From Tateyamaria sp. (GTDB lineage Bacteria; Pseudomonadota; Alphaproteobacteria; Rhodobacterales; Rhodobacteraceae): a stretch of 64,000 nt of DNA. Shown one piece after another: positions 37,162 to 47,436 of this stretch. Numbering within the stretch: position 1 is the stretch's first letter; each line of letters begins with the position of its first letter. The stretch lies in contig NZ_JBDVGB010000054.1 in the NCBI RefSeq assembly GCF_039940735.1, forward strand, positions 380-64,379. Direction: 5' to 3'. Below the pieces are notes generated by a model. The model did not search any database, had not been told where the DNA came from, and worked only from the letters and a program-made list of their open reading frames with translations. The translations under genes and the position numbers were made by a program.

Positions 37162-38348
37162 CGGTTCAGGCTCCATTGAACAACGGGATAGGACGCGGAC
37201 CAGCCACGTTTTGCGCCCAAAGGTTTGGTGTTTGCGATCTCGATCCGCATCAATTCGCCGCCGTATTGCGTTTGGGCGTTGGCCAAAAACGCTTCGCCCT
37301 CCAGAGTGACCGCGTTGACCACAAGGCGGGTGTTCAGTGCGATGACCGCCTCCAACAGATCGGTGCTTAGTCCGCCACCTACAAAAATCGCATCGGGCGT
37401 GTCTATGCCTGTCAGGGTCTCGGGTGCGTTGCCGTTTATGATGGTCAGGCGGTGGTCTACCCCCAAGTCGTCCGCGTTTTGGCGGATGCGGGCAGCGCGA
37501 TCCGCGCGTGGTTCGATGCAGGTGGCCCGCGTGGTGGGATGCGCCAACAACCATTCCAGCGCGATCGAGCCGGAACCCGCGCCCACGTCCCAAAGGTGTT
37601 CATGCGGTTTCGGTGCGAGGGTCGATAGCGTTATGGCACGGATGGGGCGTTTGGTCATTTGTCCGTCGCTTTTGAATGTGGAGTCGGTTTGGCCGGTGGC
37701 TGTTGTCAGGGACGGTCCGTCGCCCGCGACTGTTATCGCAGCACAAACCGGGTGGTCGTAGGCACCTGTTAGGGTGGCGGCCTTTGCGGTTGTGATGCGT
37801 TCTTGCGGTCCGCCCAGATGTTCAAAGATCGTCAAGGTGCTGTCGCCAAACCCCGCACCGTTCAAATAGGCGGCAAGGTCGTGTACGCCGTTGCCGTCGC
37901 GCAGTGTCGCAATGATCTGCGTCCCCGGTGCAAGGTGGCGGCGCAGGCGCGCCATCGGCGCTGCGTGCAGACCAACGCAATGGGTCTTATCCAGCGCCCA
38001 GCCCAGTTGAGATGCGGCCAGTGCAAAACAGGATGCGGTTGGAAACGCGCGCCATTCGTCGGGTCCAAAGCTACGCGCAATCACAGACCCCGTTCCAAAC
38101 CAAAACGGGTCACCCGAGGCCAAAACGGCCACCTGTTTGCCCCTGAGGGACGCCAGGATCGCGATGCCGTTCGCAAATGGTACGGGCCATTCGATACGTT
38201 CTGCGCTGCCTTCTGGGATCATCGACAGATGGCGCGGCGGGGCCATGATGATATCGGCGGCGCGCAGGGCGGCTTGACTTGCGGCGCTCAGGCCTGCAAC
38301 TCCGTCCTCGCCTATACCGATGATGGTCAACCAAGGGGTCTCAGACAT
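37158..38348 (-). CDS. cobL: Precorrin-6Y C5,15-methyltransferase (decarboxylating), CbiE/CbiT fusion
   Basis: WLTIIGIGEDG, LASGDPFWFG, GQMTKRPIRA and LWDVGAGSGSI. Confidence 0.95.
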   Translation of the reverse strand: MSETPWLTIIGIGEDGVAGLSAASQAALRAADIIMAPPRHLSMIPEGSAERIEWPVPFANGIAILASLRGKQVAVLASGDPFWFGTGSVIARSFGPDEWRAFPTASCFALAASQLGWALDKTHCVGLHAAPMARLRRHLAPGTQIIATLRDGNGVHDLAAYLNGAGFGDSTLTIFEHLGGPQERITTAKAATLTGAYDHPVCAAITVAGDGPSLTTATGQTDSTFKSDGQMTKRPIRAITLSTLAPKPHEHLWDVGAGSGSIALEWLLAHPTTRATCIEPRADRAARIRQNADDLGVDHRLTIINGNAPETLTGIDTPDAIFVGGGLSTDLLEAVIALNTRLVVNAVTLEGEAFLANAQTQYGGELMRIEIANTKPLGAKRGWSASYPVVQWSLNR

Positions 38349-39099
38349 GGCAATCAACCTTCTGATCCTTGGTGGCACGACTGAGGCGACGGCTTTGGGC
38401 GCGGCAGTCGCCAGCGCAGGTCTGTCCGGCACAGTCAGTTTCGCGGGGCGGGTGGAACGGCCCAAGCGGCAGCCCTTGCCACAACGTGTCGGTGGATTTG
38501 GTGGCGTTGAGGGGTTGCGTACCTATCTGCGCGACAATGACATCACGCATGTGGTTGACGCCACGCATCCTTTTGCCGCGCAAATGAGCAGCAATGCTGT
38601 GCGGGCCTGCGCGGCGGAGAACGTTCCGCTGATCGCCCTGACCCGTGCGCCATGGCGCGCACAAGCGGGCGACAACTGGACCCATGTGCCCGACATTGCA
38701 GACGCTGTGGCCGCGCTTGATCGCACTGCGGCCCGCGTCATGCTGGCTGTTGGGCGTATGCATCTGGATGATTTTGCACCCAATCCGCAACATTTCTATT
38801 TGCTGCGTTTGGTTGATGCGCCCAGCACCCCGCCGGCCTTTCCAGAACACCATGTGTTGGTGTCGCGTGGACCGTTCACTGCGCAGGACGATCTGGCCTT
38901 GATGCGGGACCATCGCATTGACCTTGTTGTTTCGAAAAATTCCGGTGGCACAGGCGCTTATGCTAAGATTGAGGCCGCGCGCGCCTTGGGCGTCCCCGTC
39001 ATTATGATCGACAGGCCCACCATTCCAGACGGCGCAACGGTCTATAGCGTCGCTGATGTGATGGCATGGCTGCGTCATGACGAAAACCGTGGCGTATAG
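38347..39099 (+). CDS. cobK: Precorrin-6A / cobalt-precorrin-6A reductase, antisense to the surrounding cob genes
   Basis: LILGGTTEA, GGFGG, DATHPFAAQMS and VSKNSGG. An AAGGGG RBS precedes the ATG at 38347. Confidence 0.95.
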   Translation: MAINLLILGGTTEATALGAAVASAGLSGTVSFAGRVERPKRQPLPQRVGGFGGVEGLRTYLRDNDITHVVDATHPFAAQMSSNAVRACAAENVPLIALTRAPWRAQAGDNWTHVPDIADAVAALDRTAARVMLAVGRMHLDDFAPNPQHFYLLRLVDAPSTPPAFPEHHVLVSRGPFTAQDDLALMRDHRIDLVVSKNSGGTGAYAKIEAARALGVPVIMIDRPTIPDGATVYSVADVMAWLRHDENRGV

Positions 39100-39824
39100 A
39101 CGATTGGGGCAGCGCCCGTTTCGATGATCCGGGTCTGGCTTGATCCCACAATCACCACTGTGCGCATGTCGGCCATATCGGCCTGCGTGTCTTGCAAAGG
39201 GACAACGTTGATCGTTTCGTCCGCGCGGCTGACATTGCGCGCAAAGATCACCGGGCGGTTGTCGGCGCAGGCCTCTTTCAGCACCTCAAGGGTGCGCACA
39301 AACCCTTCGGGGCGGGATTTTGAGCGCGGATTGTAAAACGCCATGGCAAAGTCCGCCTGAACCGCAAGCCGCAAGCGGTTTTCGATCACGGTCCATGGTT
39401 TGAGGTTGTCGCTTAGGTTGATGGTGCAAAAGTCATGACCCAAAGGGGCACCGGCACGTGCGGCTGCGGCCAGCATCGCTGTGATGCCGGGCAACACGCG
39501 GATATCAAGGGTGCGCCATTCATTCGGCCCGGCCTCGACCGCCTCGAACACGGCCGCGGCCATGGCAAACACGCCGGGATCGCCGGAGGAAACCACAACC
39601 ACTTGACGCCCCTCACTTGCCATTTCAAGCGCATGGCGCGAGCGATCAAGTTCGACGCGGTTGTCTGTCGGGTGCAGCGTCAGACCGGGGCGCGCAGGGA
39701 TGCGGGCCACATAAGGGATATAGCCAACGATGTCCGTGGCGTGTGCAAGGGCGGCTGTGACCTCGGGGGTCACCAGCGCGTCGTCGCCGGGGCCAAGCCC
39801 TGCAATGACCAGTGAACCCGTCAT
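39075..39824 (-). CDS. cobJ: Precorrin-3B C17-methyltransferase
   Basis: GLGPG, SSGDPGVFAMA, GAPLGHDFC.INLSD and YTPR. Confidence 0.96.
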   Translation of the reverse strand: MTGSLVIAGLGPGDDALVTPEVTAALAHATDIVGYIPYVARIPARPGLTLHPTDNRVELDRSRHALEMASEGRQVVVVSSGDPGVFAMAAAVFEAVEAGPNEWRTLDIRVLPGITAMLAAAARAGAPLGHDFCTINLSDNLKPWTVIENRLRLAVQADFAMAFYNPRSKSRPEGFVRTLEVLKEACADNRPVIFARNVSRADETINVVPLQDTQADMADMRTVVIVGSSQTRIIETGAAPIVYTPRFSS

Positions 39825-40561
39825 GGTCTGCGCCCGTGCCCGTGTACGATGATGATCGAGAAGTAGGGGGTCACTTTGCCCTCGGTGTCCGAGAGCTTTT
39901 GCACCGTTTGGTTGGGCATTGTGGCGTATTCCACCAACCATGCGGCATCGTATTTTCCAGCAGTGCGCAGGGCGCTGCGGACCTTGTCGATGTTGCGCCC
40001 GATTTTCATCACAACAAGTGCGTCGGCCGATGCCATGTTGCGCGCAAGGATGTCTTCGTCCAGCGTGCCCATCAGCACCGTCAGGATGTCATCGCCCCAT
40101 GTGATCGGCGCGCCCGTCGCTGTCCACGCGCCCGACATGCCGGTGATGGCAGGCACAACCTGCACAGGGATATCATCCTTGAGGCGGGTATAAAGGTGCA
40201 TAAACGAACCATAGAAAAACGGATCCCCCTCGCACAGCACAACCACGTCATGGCCCGCATCGGTCAACGCACGCAGGCGTTTGGTGCACTCGGCGTAAAA
40301 CGTTGAAAGCGCTTGGTTATAGGCCGGGTCCGTCAGCGGGATTTCGGTGGTGACCGGGTATTCCAAAGCGTGTTCGATCGTATCAGCGGGCAACAGATCA
40401 TTCGCCAATGTGCGCGCTTGGCCGGGGCGGCCTGCTTTGCGGAAAAACGCGACATGCGTGGCATTGCGCACCAGACGGTCAGCGCGCACGCTTAGCAAGT
40501 CAGGATCGCCGGGGCCAAGGCCGACGCCATAGACTGTGCCGGGTGTGACGGGGCTGTTCAT
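39821..40561 (-). CDS. cobI: Precorrin-2 C20-methyltransferase
   Basis: YGVGLGPGDPDLL, EGDPFFYGSFM, VMKIGRN and PYFS. Confidence 0.96.
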   Translation of the reverse strand: MNSPVTPGTVYGVGLGPGDPDLLSVRADRLVRNATHVAFFRKAGRPGQARTLANDLLPADTIEHALEYPVTTEIPLTDPAYNQALSTFYAECTKRLRALTDAGHDVVVLCEGDPFFYGSFMHLYTRLKDDIPVQVVPAITGMSGAWTATGAPITWGDDILTVLMGTLDEDILARNMASADALVVMKIGRNIDKVRSALRTAGKYDAAWLVEYATMPNQTVQKLSDTEGKVTPYFSIIIVHGHGRRP

Positions 40562-41187
40562 TCTTTGCGGCTCGCGATGGCGTTGACGGCCGCGACGGTG
40601 ATGGCACTGCCGCCCAAGCGTCCTTGGACGATGCAGCAAGGCACGGGTTGATCCGCCCAAAGCGCGTCTTTGGATTCGACCGCGCCGACAAAGCCAACGG
40701 GGCAACCAATGATGGCCGCAGGGCGCGGGCAGGCGGGGTCCTCTAGCATATTGAGCAGGTGGAACAAGGCAGTGGGCGCGTTGCCGATGGCCACCACGGC
40801 ACCTGCCAAATGTGGTCGCCAAAGTTCAAGCGCTGCGGCAGAACGGGTGTTGCCCATTTTGGCGGCTAAGGGGCGTACGGCCTCGTCATGGAGCGTGCAA
40901 ATCGCTGCATTATCGGCAGGCATGCGGGGGCGGGTGATGCCTTCAGACACCATGCGCGCATCGCATAGGATCGGCGCGCCTGCTTCGAGTGCTGCGCGGG
41001 CTGCGGGAACAAAACCGGGCGAAAAGCGACAGTGCTGTTCCAGCCCCACCATGCCGGCCGCGTGGATCATGCGCACGGCGACTTGTTCTTCGTCCGCATC
41101 GAACCGGGCTAGGTCGGCCTCGGCCCGAATGGTGGCAAAGGATTGCAGGTAAATGGCCGCGCCATCGGTTTGGTATTCATAGGGCAT
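40558..41187 (-). CDS. cobH: Precorrin-8X methylmutase
   Basis: RMIHAAG, TRSAAA, IGNAPTALF, PVGFVGA.ESK and GRLGGSA. Confidence 0.97.
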   Translation of the reverse strand: MPYEYQTDGAAIYLQSFATIRAEADLARFDADEEQVAVRMIHAAGMVGLEQHCRFSPGFVPAARAALEAGAPILCDARMVSEGITRPRMPADNAAICTLHDEAVRPLAAKMGNTRSAAALELWRPHLAGAVVAIGNAPTALFHLLNMLEDPACPRPAAIIGCPVGFVGAVESKDALWADQPVPCCIVQGRLGGSAITVAAVNAIASRKE

Positions 41188-42319
41188 CTGATTGGGCCTT
41201 GAGGTCTGATGCGGAGAGCCCGCGCTGGCAGGGCTGATCCCATGGATGGCCCTGTTTCACAAGGTCATACGTGCCGTCGTGTCCGACCAAAGTGGTGGCA
41301 GCGGCGTGGCGGTACGCGCACCCTTTAGAACAGCCCGAGACATGCAAGTCGCGATGCGCAGGCGCAAGCGCGCGGGCCAGTTGGCGGGTGTCGACGGTTG
41401 CAGCGGCACAGGCCGGTGCGCCGGGGCAGGCATGGGCGGTCAACAACGGATCGTTCGGGGCGGTGATAAAGCCGTGCGCGTCTGCAAGGATCGCGTTTTC
41501 AAGCTGAAACAATCGCCAAGGGGTGACGCGGAAAGCGGTGGCATCGCTGTCGTGAATGAGGGCGGACAGGCTTGCGGCCTCAAGACTGCCAAAGGCAACG
41601 CCCAAAGTGACGGTGCCGTTCCGGTTGCTTGGTGACAAAGGCAGAATAGCGGCGGCTGGTAAGGCGGACATCCAGTCCGCCGGCGGTGGTTTCATCGCGA
41701 CATGCCCTGCCATGCGGCGCGCTGTGGTCTGCGTGTCGGCGAACCACTGCGCCATCTCGCACAAAGCGTCGATGGCCGTGTCTTCGTTGGTCAACCGCCC
41801 TCGGCTGAGGCCATTAAGGCGCAGCAACAGCGCGCCATCCGCTGTGCGTTCAAATCGGAAATCCGCAGAGGTTTTAGGCAAGATCGGCGATGGCCCTGCA
41901 TCAATCGCTATACCCATCTTGGCGGGCAGGTCCGGTAAGTCATCAAGGCGATCACAGACAGCATCGTACAAGCGCGTATTCAGATCGTCGGCTTGCCACA
42001 AAGGCGTGGTCACAATATTGCGCCGCGTCTCGCGTTCGGGGGTGTCATCGAGCACTCCCAGCGCCAATAACGCAGACAAAACAGCCTCGTGGCCTGTTTC
42101 TTTGATGCCGCGCAATTGCAAATTCGCACGGCTGGTAAGGTCGATGATCCCATTGCCTTCGGCCTGCGCAATGGCGCAAAGCCCAAGGGCCTGATCCGAT
42201 GTTAAACGCCCCAGACGGGGGCGTATACGCACGATCAACCCATCGCCCGACATCATCGGTGTGTAAGCGCCGGGACACCAACCTTTGATTTGGCCTTTGA
42301 TTTTGCTCGGTCCACTCAT
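41177..42319 (-). CDS. cobG: Precorrin-3B synthase
   Basis: KGWCPG, SGDGLIVRIRP, LTSRANLQLRG, CPGAPAC and HVSGCSKGCA. Confidence 0.92.
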   Translation of the reverse strand: MSGPSKIKGQIKGWCPGAYTPMMSGDGLIVRIRPRLGRLTSDQALGLCAIAQAEGNGIIDLTSRANLQLRGIKETGHEAVLSALLALGVLDDTPERETRRNIVTTPLWQADDLNTRLYDAVCDRLDDLPDLPAKMGIAIDAGPSPILPKTSADFRFERTADGALLLRLNGLSRGRLTNEDTAIDALCEMAQWFADTQTTARRMAGHVAMKPPPADWMSALPAAAILPLSPSNRNGTVTLGVAFGSLEAASLSALIHDSDATAFRVTPWRLFQLENAILADAHGFITAPNDPLLTAHACPGAPACAAATVDTRQLARALAPAHRDLHVSGCSKGCAYRHAAATTLVGHDGTYDLVKQGHPWDQPCQRGLSASDLKAQSDAL

Positions 42320-45300
42320 TGCGCGGCCTCTAGGGCGGCGCGGATCGAATTGCGCCGCGTCTGCCACAGGCCTGCGGCGTCGAGGGCGGCGAACTGGTCA
42401 AGCATCGCTTGATACGCACCGGGATTGGCATCCTGCAAAAAGGCGCTGACTTGTGGGTCGCCCAATGTGGCCTCGTGATAGGCGTCAAACAGGTGTGGCT
42501 GCACGACGCCTGCCAGATGGGCGAATGCGGCCATGTGATCAAGAGTTGCCGCGATTTCGGCCCCACCACGAAAGCCGTGACGCATCATGCCCGCCAGCCA
42601 TCCTGGTTGTGTCGCGCGGGCTTGGACGACGCGGGCGATTTCTTCGGGCAGGGCGCGGGCACGGGGTCGGTTAGGGTCGGTGGAATCAAGGTGGTAAAGC
42701 GCAGCCTGACCGCCCGTGATGGCTTGGGCGGCAGCAAAGCCTGCTTCGTGCGCGGCATAGTCTGACGCAAGAAGGATATCGGTTTCAGGCAGGTCTTGCA
42801 GGTGCACAAAGCTATCTGCGGCGGCGACGCGTGCGCGAATGCCACTCGTGTCCTTGATCGCCGCGTCCCCATCAAGGGCATAAGCGCTGGCGGTCAGCCA
42901 AGCTTGCCCTGCGGCGGCGCGGCTTTCCTCGGTAAAGGTTTCAAGATCTGCTCCCATGCCAAGGCCAAAGCTGCCCGGCGCTGGGCCATAGACGCGGGCA
43001 ATATCGGTGCGGCCTGCGTATGGGTTCCAGTCGGGGGCCTCATCACGCTGGCTTAGCGCGCGCACGGCTTGGGCAAAAAGGGCGGAAAGCGTGGGAAAGA
43101 CATCGCGAAACAGGCCAGAGACGCGCAAAGTGACGTCAAGGCGCGGGCGATCAAGGTCGGTGATCGGCAATACCTCGATGCCAGACACCCGTTCGGACCC
43201 TTTGTCCCAGATAGGGCGCACGCCCAGTAGGTGCAGCGCCATGGCAAATTCTTCGCCTGCGGTGCGCATGGTGGCAGAGCCCCAAAGATCCACGATCAAC
43301 CCGCGTGGCCAGTCGCCATGGTCCTGAAGGTGACGGCGCACCAGTTCTTCGGCCAGTTTGACACCTTGGGCATAGGCCGCACGCGTGGGCACGCCGCGCG
43401 GGTCGGTGGTGAACAGATTGCGCCCAGTCGGCAACACATCACGCCGCCCGCGATAAGGCGACCCAGAAGGCCCACCTGCGATGCGCTTGCCGTTCAAAGC
43501 ATCAACCAAGGATTGGCGTTCGCTGACAAGGCTGGCCGAGTCGTAGGGTGCGTCCTTGGACGCACCTTTGCCCCAAACGTGCAAACCGTCCCCGTATTGG
43601 CTTTCCTTGATGTCACAGACAAAACGGTCAATGCGGGTGATCGCCTCGGCGGTTGAAGTGGCGCGCGCAAGGCCAAGGTCGTCTTCAACCCCAAGGGCCT
43701 GCGCTTCGGCGCGAATGCCATCCTGAAGGCGATCGCGACGCTTTGGATCAAGCCCGTCGGCGGTAGAAAACTCATCAAGCAACGTTTCCAACCGCACAAG
43801 CCGGTCCGGTGTGTCCGAGGCTTTCAACGGCGGCGGCAGGTGGCCAAGGGTCATGGCGCCGATACGCCGCTTGGCTTGGGCTGCCTCGCCGGGGTCATTG
43901 ACGATAAAGGGGTAAATGACGGGCATTGAGGCCGTCAGGGCTTCGGGCCAGCAGATGTCGGACAAGGCGACAGATTTGCCGGGCAACCATTCCAATGTGC
44001 CGTGCGCGCCGATGTGGATCAGGGCTTGGGTCTGGGTGCGCACCCACAGGTAAAACGCGACGTAGCCGTGGCGCGGGGTGCGCGCGAGATCGTGGTAGTC
44101 GTCATCGCGTGTCTCGGGCGTGCCACGTTCGGGTTGCAACGCGATGGTGACATTGCCCCAGCGAACAGCCGGAAAATGGAATTTTCCGTCCTGCGCTTCA
44201 TTGCTGGGATCGCCCCAAGCCGCAAACAGGTCCTCGCGCAAGCATTGGGGCAGGGTGGCAAGGGCCGCGCGGTAATCGGCCAAGGGCCACGTGATGGTTT
44301 CGCTGCCAAGGGCATCGGTCAGCGGCGTCTCTGTTTGAATGACGTGGTGGCCTGCCTCTTTCAGGTCATCAAGGATCACCTCAGCAGAGGCCAGCGCATC
44401 CAGCCCGACTGCATGGGCCATGTTCCAGTCTTTGCCGGGATAAGTGCTGAGCACCAAGGCCAGTTTGCGATCAGCCGCCGGGGTGCCTGCAAGGTCCGTC
44501 CACGCTTTGACCTTGTCGGCGACCGCTTGCGTGCGGGCCACATCGGCCTTGTGCGCATAACGCGAGAATTGCAGATGGTCATCGCGCGGTTGGGGTTCTT
44601 TGAACGACGATACACCCGCAAACAGGCGCCCATCGACTTCGGGCAAGACCACATGCATGGCAAGGTCAGCGGGGGACAAGCCGCGTTCGGCTTCCTCCCA
44701 CATGTCGCGGGTTGAGGTGGCAAGTGCCACTTGGAACACGGGCACGCCACCTGCGTCCAACGGCGATGTGCCGTCCTTGCCTTTGCCAGAAAACGCAGTG
44801 GCGTTGACGATGGCCGATGGGCCAAGATGCGCGATCTGACGGGCCATCCAGGCGCTTGCATCCGGGGCTTTGAGGGACGGCGCAAACAGGCCGATCACAC
44901 GAAACCCGCGCGCATGCAGAGCGTCGAACAAAGCCTCAATAGGAGATAAGTCTGCGGCCGCAAGATAGGCGCGATAGAAGGTAATAATGACCAGCGGCTT
45001 GGGGTCATCGTCCACGATCAGCGGGCAACTCACCCCATGTTCCGGGGTCCAAGCGCCAACCAAGGGGAGGGCCTTTGTCCCCGCGACAGGTCCGGCATAA
45101 AGTCCCGAGGCCAGCGTCAATTGCGCAAGTGCAGCCTGTGCTGCCACAGCGCCCCCTGTGTCGCACAAATGCGCAAGCCTGCGCAGCGTAGACACGGGCA
45201 GCGTCGATAATTCATCCAATCGCGTGTCGATCCGCCCATCGGCGGACAACACGGCCAAAGCGATACCTTTGGCCTGCGCCAAGGCGTAAACTTGCTGCAA

Positions 45301-45597
45301 ACCATAGGCCCAATAGGGCACGCCACCGATCAGACGGATCAGAATGCCGCGCGCCCCCGCGAGGGTCTGTTCCACATACGTATCGACCGACAGTGGATGT
45401 TTTAGGCCGACCAAATTTGCAAGCCGTAAGGTGGGCATTTTGCCCACCTCGCCCCCGCCGCGATGCCAGCCAGCCCCAAAGGCCCCCAAGTCGCTGTCCG
45501 AGAACGACAAAACCACCAGATCCGCAGGCGTCTGGCCCAGATCTGTTGGGGTCTCGGTTTCTTCGAGGCCATGGCTTTCGCGAAAGACGACGTGCAT
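42316..45597 (-). CDS. cobN: Cobaltochelatase subunit CobN
   Basis: MHVV, HPLSVD, H.G.HGTLEWLPGK, VNDPGE, LPTGRN and WGSATMRTAG. Confidence 0.96.
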   Translation of the reverse strand: MHVVFRESHGLEETETPTDLGQTPADLVVLSFSDSDLGAFGAGWHRGGGEVGKMPTLRLANLVGLKHPLSVDTYVEQTLAGARGILIRLIGGVPYWAYGLQQVYALAQAKGIALAVLSADGRIDTRLDELSTLPVSTLRRLAHLCDTGGAVAAQAALAQLTLASGLYAGPVAGTKALPLVGAWTPEHGVSCPLIVDDDPKPLVIITFYRAYLAAADLSPIEALFDALHARGFRVIGLFAPSLKAPDASAWMARQIAHLGPSAIVNATAFSGKGKDGTSPLDAGGVPVFQVALATSTRDMWEEAERGLSPADLAMHVVLPEVDGRLFAGVSSFKEPQPRDDHLQFSRYAHKADVARTQAVADKVKAWTDLAGTPAADRKLALVLSTYPGKDWNMAHAVGLDALASAEVILDDLKEAGHHVIQTETPLTDALGSETITWPLADYRAALATLPQCLREDLFAAWGDPSNEAQDGKFHFPAVRWGNVTIALQPERGTPETRDDDYHDLARTPRHGYVAFYLWVRTQTQALIHIGAHGTLEWLPGKSVALSDICWPEALTASMPVIYPFIVNDPGEAAQAKRRIGAMTLGHLPPPLKASDTPDRLVRLETLLDEFSTADGLDPKRRDRLQDGIRAEAQALGVEDDLGLARATSTAEAITRIDRFVCDIKESQYGDGLHVWGKGASKDAPYDSASLVSERQSLVDALNGKRIAGGPSGSPYRGRRDVLPTGRNLFTTDPRGVPTRAAYAQGVKLAEELVRRHLQDHGDWPRGLIVDLWGSATMRTAGEEFAMALHLLGVRPIWDKGSERVSGIEVLPITDLDRPRLDVTLRVSGLFRDVFPTLSALFAQAVRALSQRDEAPDWNPYAGRTDIARVYGPAPGSFGLGMGADLETFTEESRAAAGQAWLTASAYALDGDAAIKDTSGIRARVAAADSFVHLQDLPETDILLASDYAAHEAGFAAAQAITGGQAALYHLDSTDPNRPRARALPEEIARVVQARATQPGWLAGMMRHGFRGGAEIAATLDHMAAFAHLAGVVQPHLFDAYHEATLGDPQVSAFLQDANPGAYQAMLDQFAALDAAGLWQTRRNSIRAALEAAQ

Positions 45598-45612
45598 GGG
45601 GGGCTTTCTGGT

Positions 45613-46668
45613 TTATTCAGCGGCTTCGGACACCTGAACCAACGCCGCACGAATGGCGTCGCTGTTTACGTCATCATGTTCGGCAATCACGACCAAACGA
45701 CCCTGACGGGGTTCATTCGGTCCCCACGGGCGATCAAACTGATGCCGCACGCGAGCGCCAACGGCTTGAACCAACAGGCGCATGGGTTTGCCCACAACGG
45801 CGGCGTATCCTTTGACGCGCAGGATGTTTTGCGACTTTGCCATGGCTTCGATCCGCGCGACCAGCTCGGCAGGGTCATTGATTTCGGGGATGTCGATGAT
45901 GACCGACTCGAAATCGTCATGTTCGTGATCATCATGCCCATCGTGGTGGCTGGGGCGGGCGTCCATGTCGTCTTCGGCGGCGGCCTCAAGCCCAAGGATA
46001 ATGCGGGGATCAACTGCGCCTTCGGCCACTTCGACCACAGGCAGCGGGCGGGGTGTTTCGGCGGCGATGATCTCTTTGGCCTTGGCGATACCTTCCGGGC
46101 CAGCCAGGTCAGGTTTGGTCAGCAGGATGATGTCAGCGCAACTGATCTGATCCTCAAACACCTCGGACAGCGGCGTTTCGTGATCAAGGCTATCATCTGC
46201 CAAACGTTGTGCATCGACGCGTGCAACATCGGGGGCAAAACGACCAGCGGCGACCGCTTCGGCATCGGCCAGTGCAATCACGCCATCCACAGTGATGCGC
46301 GAGCGAATATCAGGCCAATCAAACGCTTTAAGCAGCGGCTTGGGCAAGGCAAGACCCGAGGTTTCGATCAAGATATGTTCGGGCTGCGGATCGATGGCCA
46401 TCAAGGCCTCGATTGTTGGAATAAAGTCATCCGCCACAGTGCAGCAGATGCAGCCATTGGCCAATTCCATGATGTTTTCAGCGGGGCAATCGGGGATGGC
46501 GCAGGATTTCAGGATCTCGCCGTCCACGCCAACATCGCCAAATTCGTTGACGATCACGGCCAGCCGTTTGCCTTGCGGGTTTTGCATCAGGTGGCGCACC
46601 AGCGTCGTTTTGCCCGAGCCAAGGAAGCCAGTGATCACAGTGACGGGGATTTTATTGAGGGTAGCCAT
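45613..46668 (-). CDS. cobW: Cobalamin biosynthesis GTPase CobW
   Basis: GFLGSGKTT, NEFG, GCICC, ETSGLALPKP and a His-rich linker. Confidence 0.96.
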   Translation of the reverse strand: MATLNKIPVTVITGFLGSGKTTLVRHLMQNPQGKRLAVIVNEFGDVGVDGEILKSCAIPDCPAENIMELANGCICCTVADDFIPTIEALMAIDPQPEHILIETSGLALPKPLLKAFDWPDIRSRITVDGVIALADAEAVAAGRFAPDVARVDAQRLADDSLDHETPLSEVFEDQISCADIILLTKPDLAGPEGIAKAKEIIAAETPRPLPVVEVAEGAVDPRIILGLEAAAEDDMDARPSHHDGHDDHEHDDFESVIIDIPEINDPAELVARIEAMAKSQNILRVKGYAAVVGKPMRLLVQAVGARVRHQFDRPWGPNEPRQGRLVVIAEHDDVNSDAIRAALVQVSEAAE

Positions 46669-46670
46669 GT

Positions 46671-47060
46671 TTAAAACTCCTGCGGGGGAATGCGGGCGAT
46701 GCAGTTTTTGCGAAAGTGGTCCGAGCGTTCGCGCCAAGGCACAAGGCCATCGGCGGTGGCGGCGTATTTGGTGATGCCGTCGACAACCAGTTGGGCGTCG
46801 CGCCCTTCGATGAAGTTGCCATAGACATAGGTCCAGCGTTTGTCGCCGCCGCGCACAGCGACGGAACAACCCGACGAGCAGTTTGACAGGCATTCGACGG
46901 CCTTAAGGGTGACGTTGGCAGGCATCTTGTGCTTGGCAATCTCGGCATGCAGGGCGGTGCCGGGGCGGACGCCATTTTCGGGCATTTCGGCCTCGCGCAG
47001 GCATTTTACGCAAACCAACACCTCTACAGGGGCGAGGTTAGGGGGGGGCAAGTCGCTCAT
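46671..47060 (-). CDS. DUF1636 family Cys-rich putative metal-binding protein
   Basis: VCVKC, ECLSNCSSGCSV, WTYVYG and DGLVPWRER. Confidence 0.85.
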   Translation of the reverse strand: MSDLPPPNLAPVEVLVCVKCLREAEMPENGVRPGTALHAEIAKHKMPANVTLKAVECLSNCSSGCSVAVRGGDKRWTYVYGNFIEGRDAQLVVDGITKYAATADGLVPWRERSDHFRKNCIARIPPQEF

Positions 47061-47160
47061 CTTTTATCCCATATGTTTTGGGCATTGGATGGCGGGCGGC
47101 ACAGGTGCCAAAACGACCCGACACCCGGAACACCCCGTCCGGTTTCGTCATATCTTCTCG

Positions 47161-47345
47161 TGCTGGCAGGTCTCCCGGCTTGCGGATTTCAGGTCTCCCT
47201 GACGGTGGCCCTGCCTTCCCGACACATGCGCGTCAGTGGCTGTAGGCGACCTTCTCCGGTCACGGTCGCGGGGGCGGCTGCGTTTGGACCATAAGGTCCG
47301 CTGCATTCCCTTTTCACCCAAAGTGTTCGCTTAGGGCACCAGCAA
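47161..47345 (-). promoter_or_regulatory. Cobalamin riboswitch upstream of the DUF1636-cobW-cobN operon
   Basis: The minus strand reads CTGGTG...GAAAAGGGAATGC...GCCGCCCCCGCGACCGTGA...CCACTG...GGGAAGG...GCCGGGAGACCTGCCAGC. Confidence 0.93.
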
Positions 47346-47436
47346 TTCCCTAGTGCGCGCGGCTTGAGCATGAGTCAAGCGCGAACAGGATGGAGCCGTC
47401 GGTTCTTGTGGTGTAGGGATTGGGTCGGAGGGTGCC

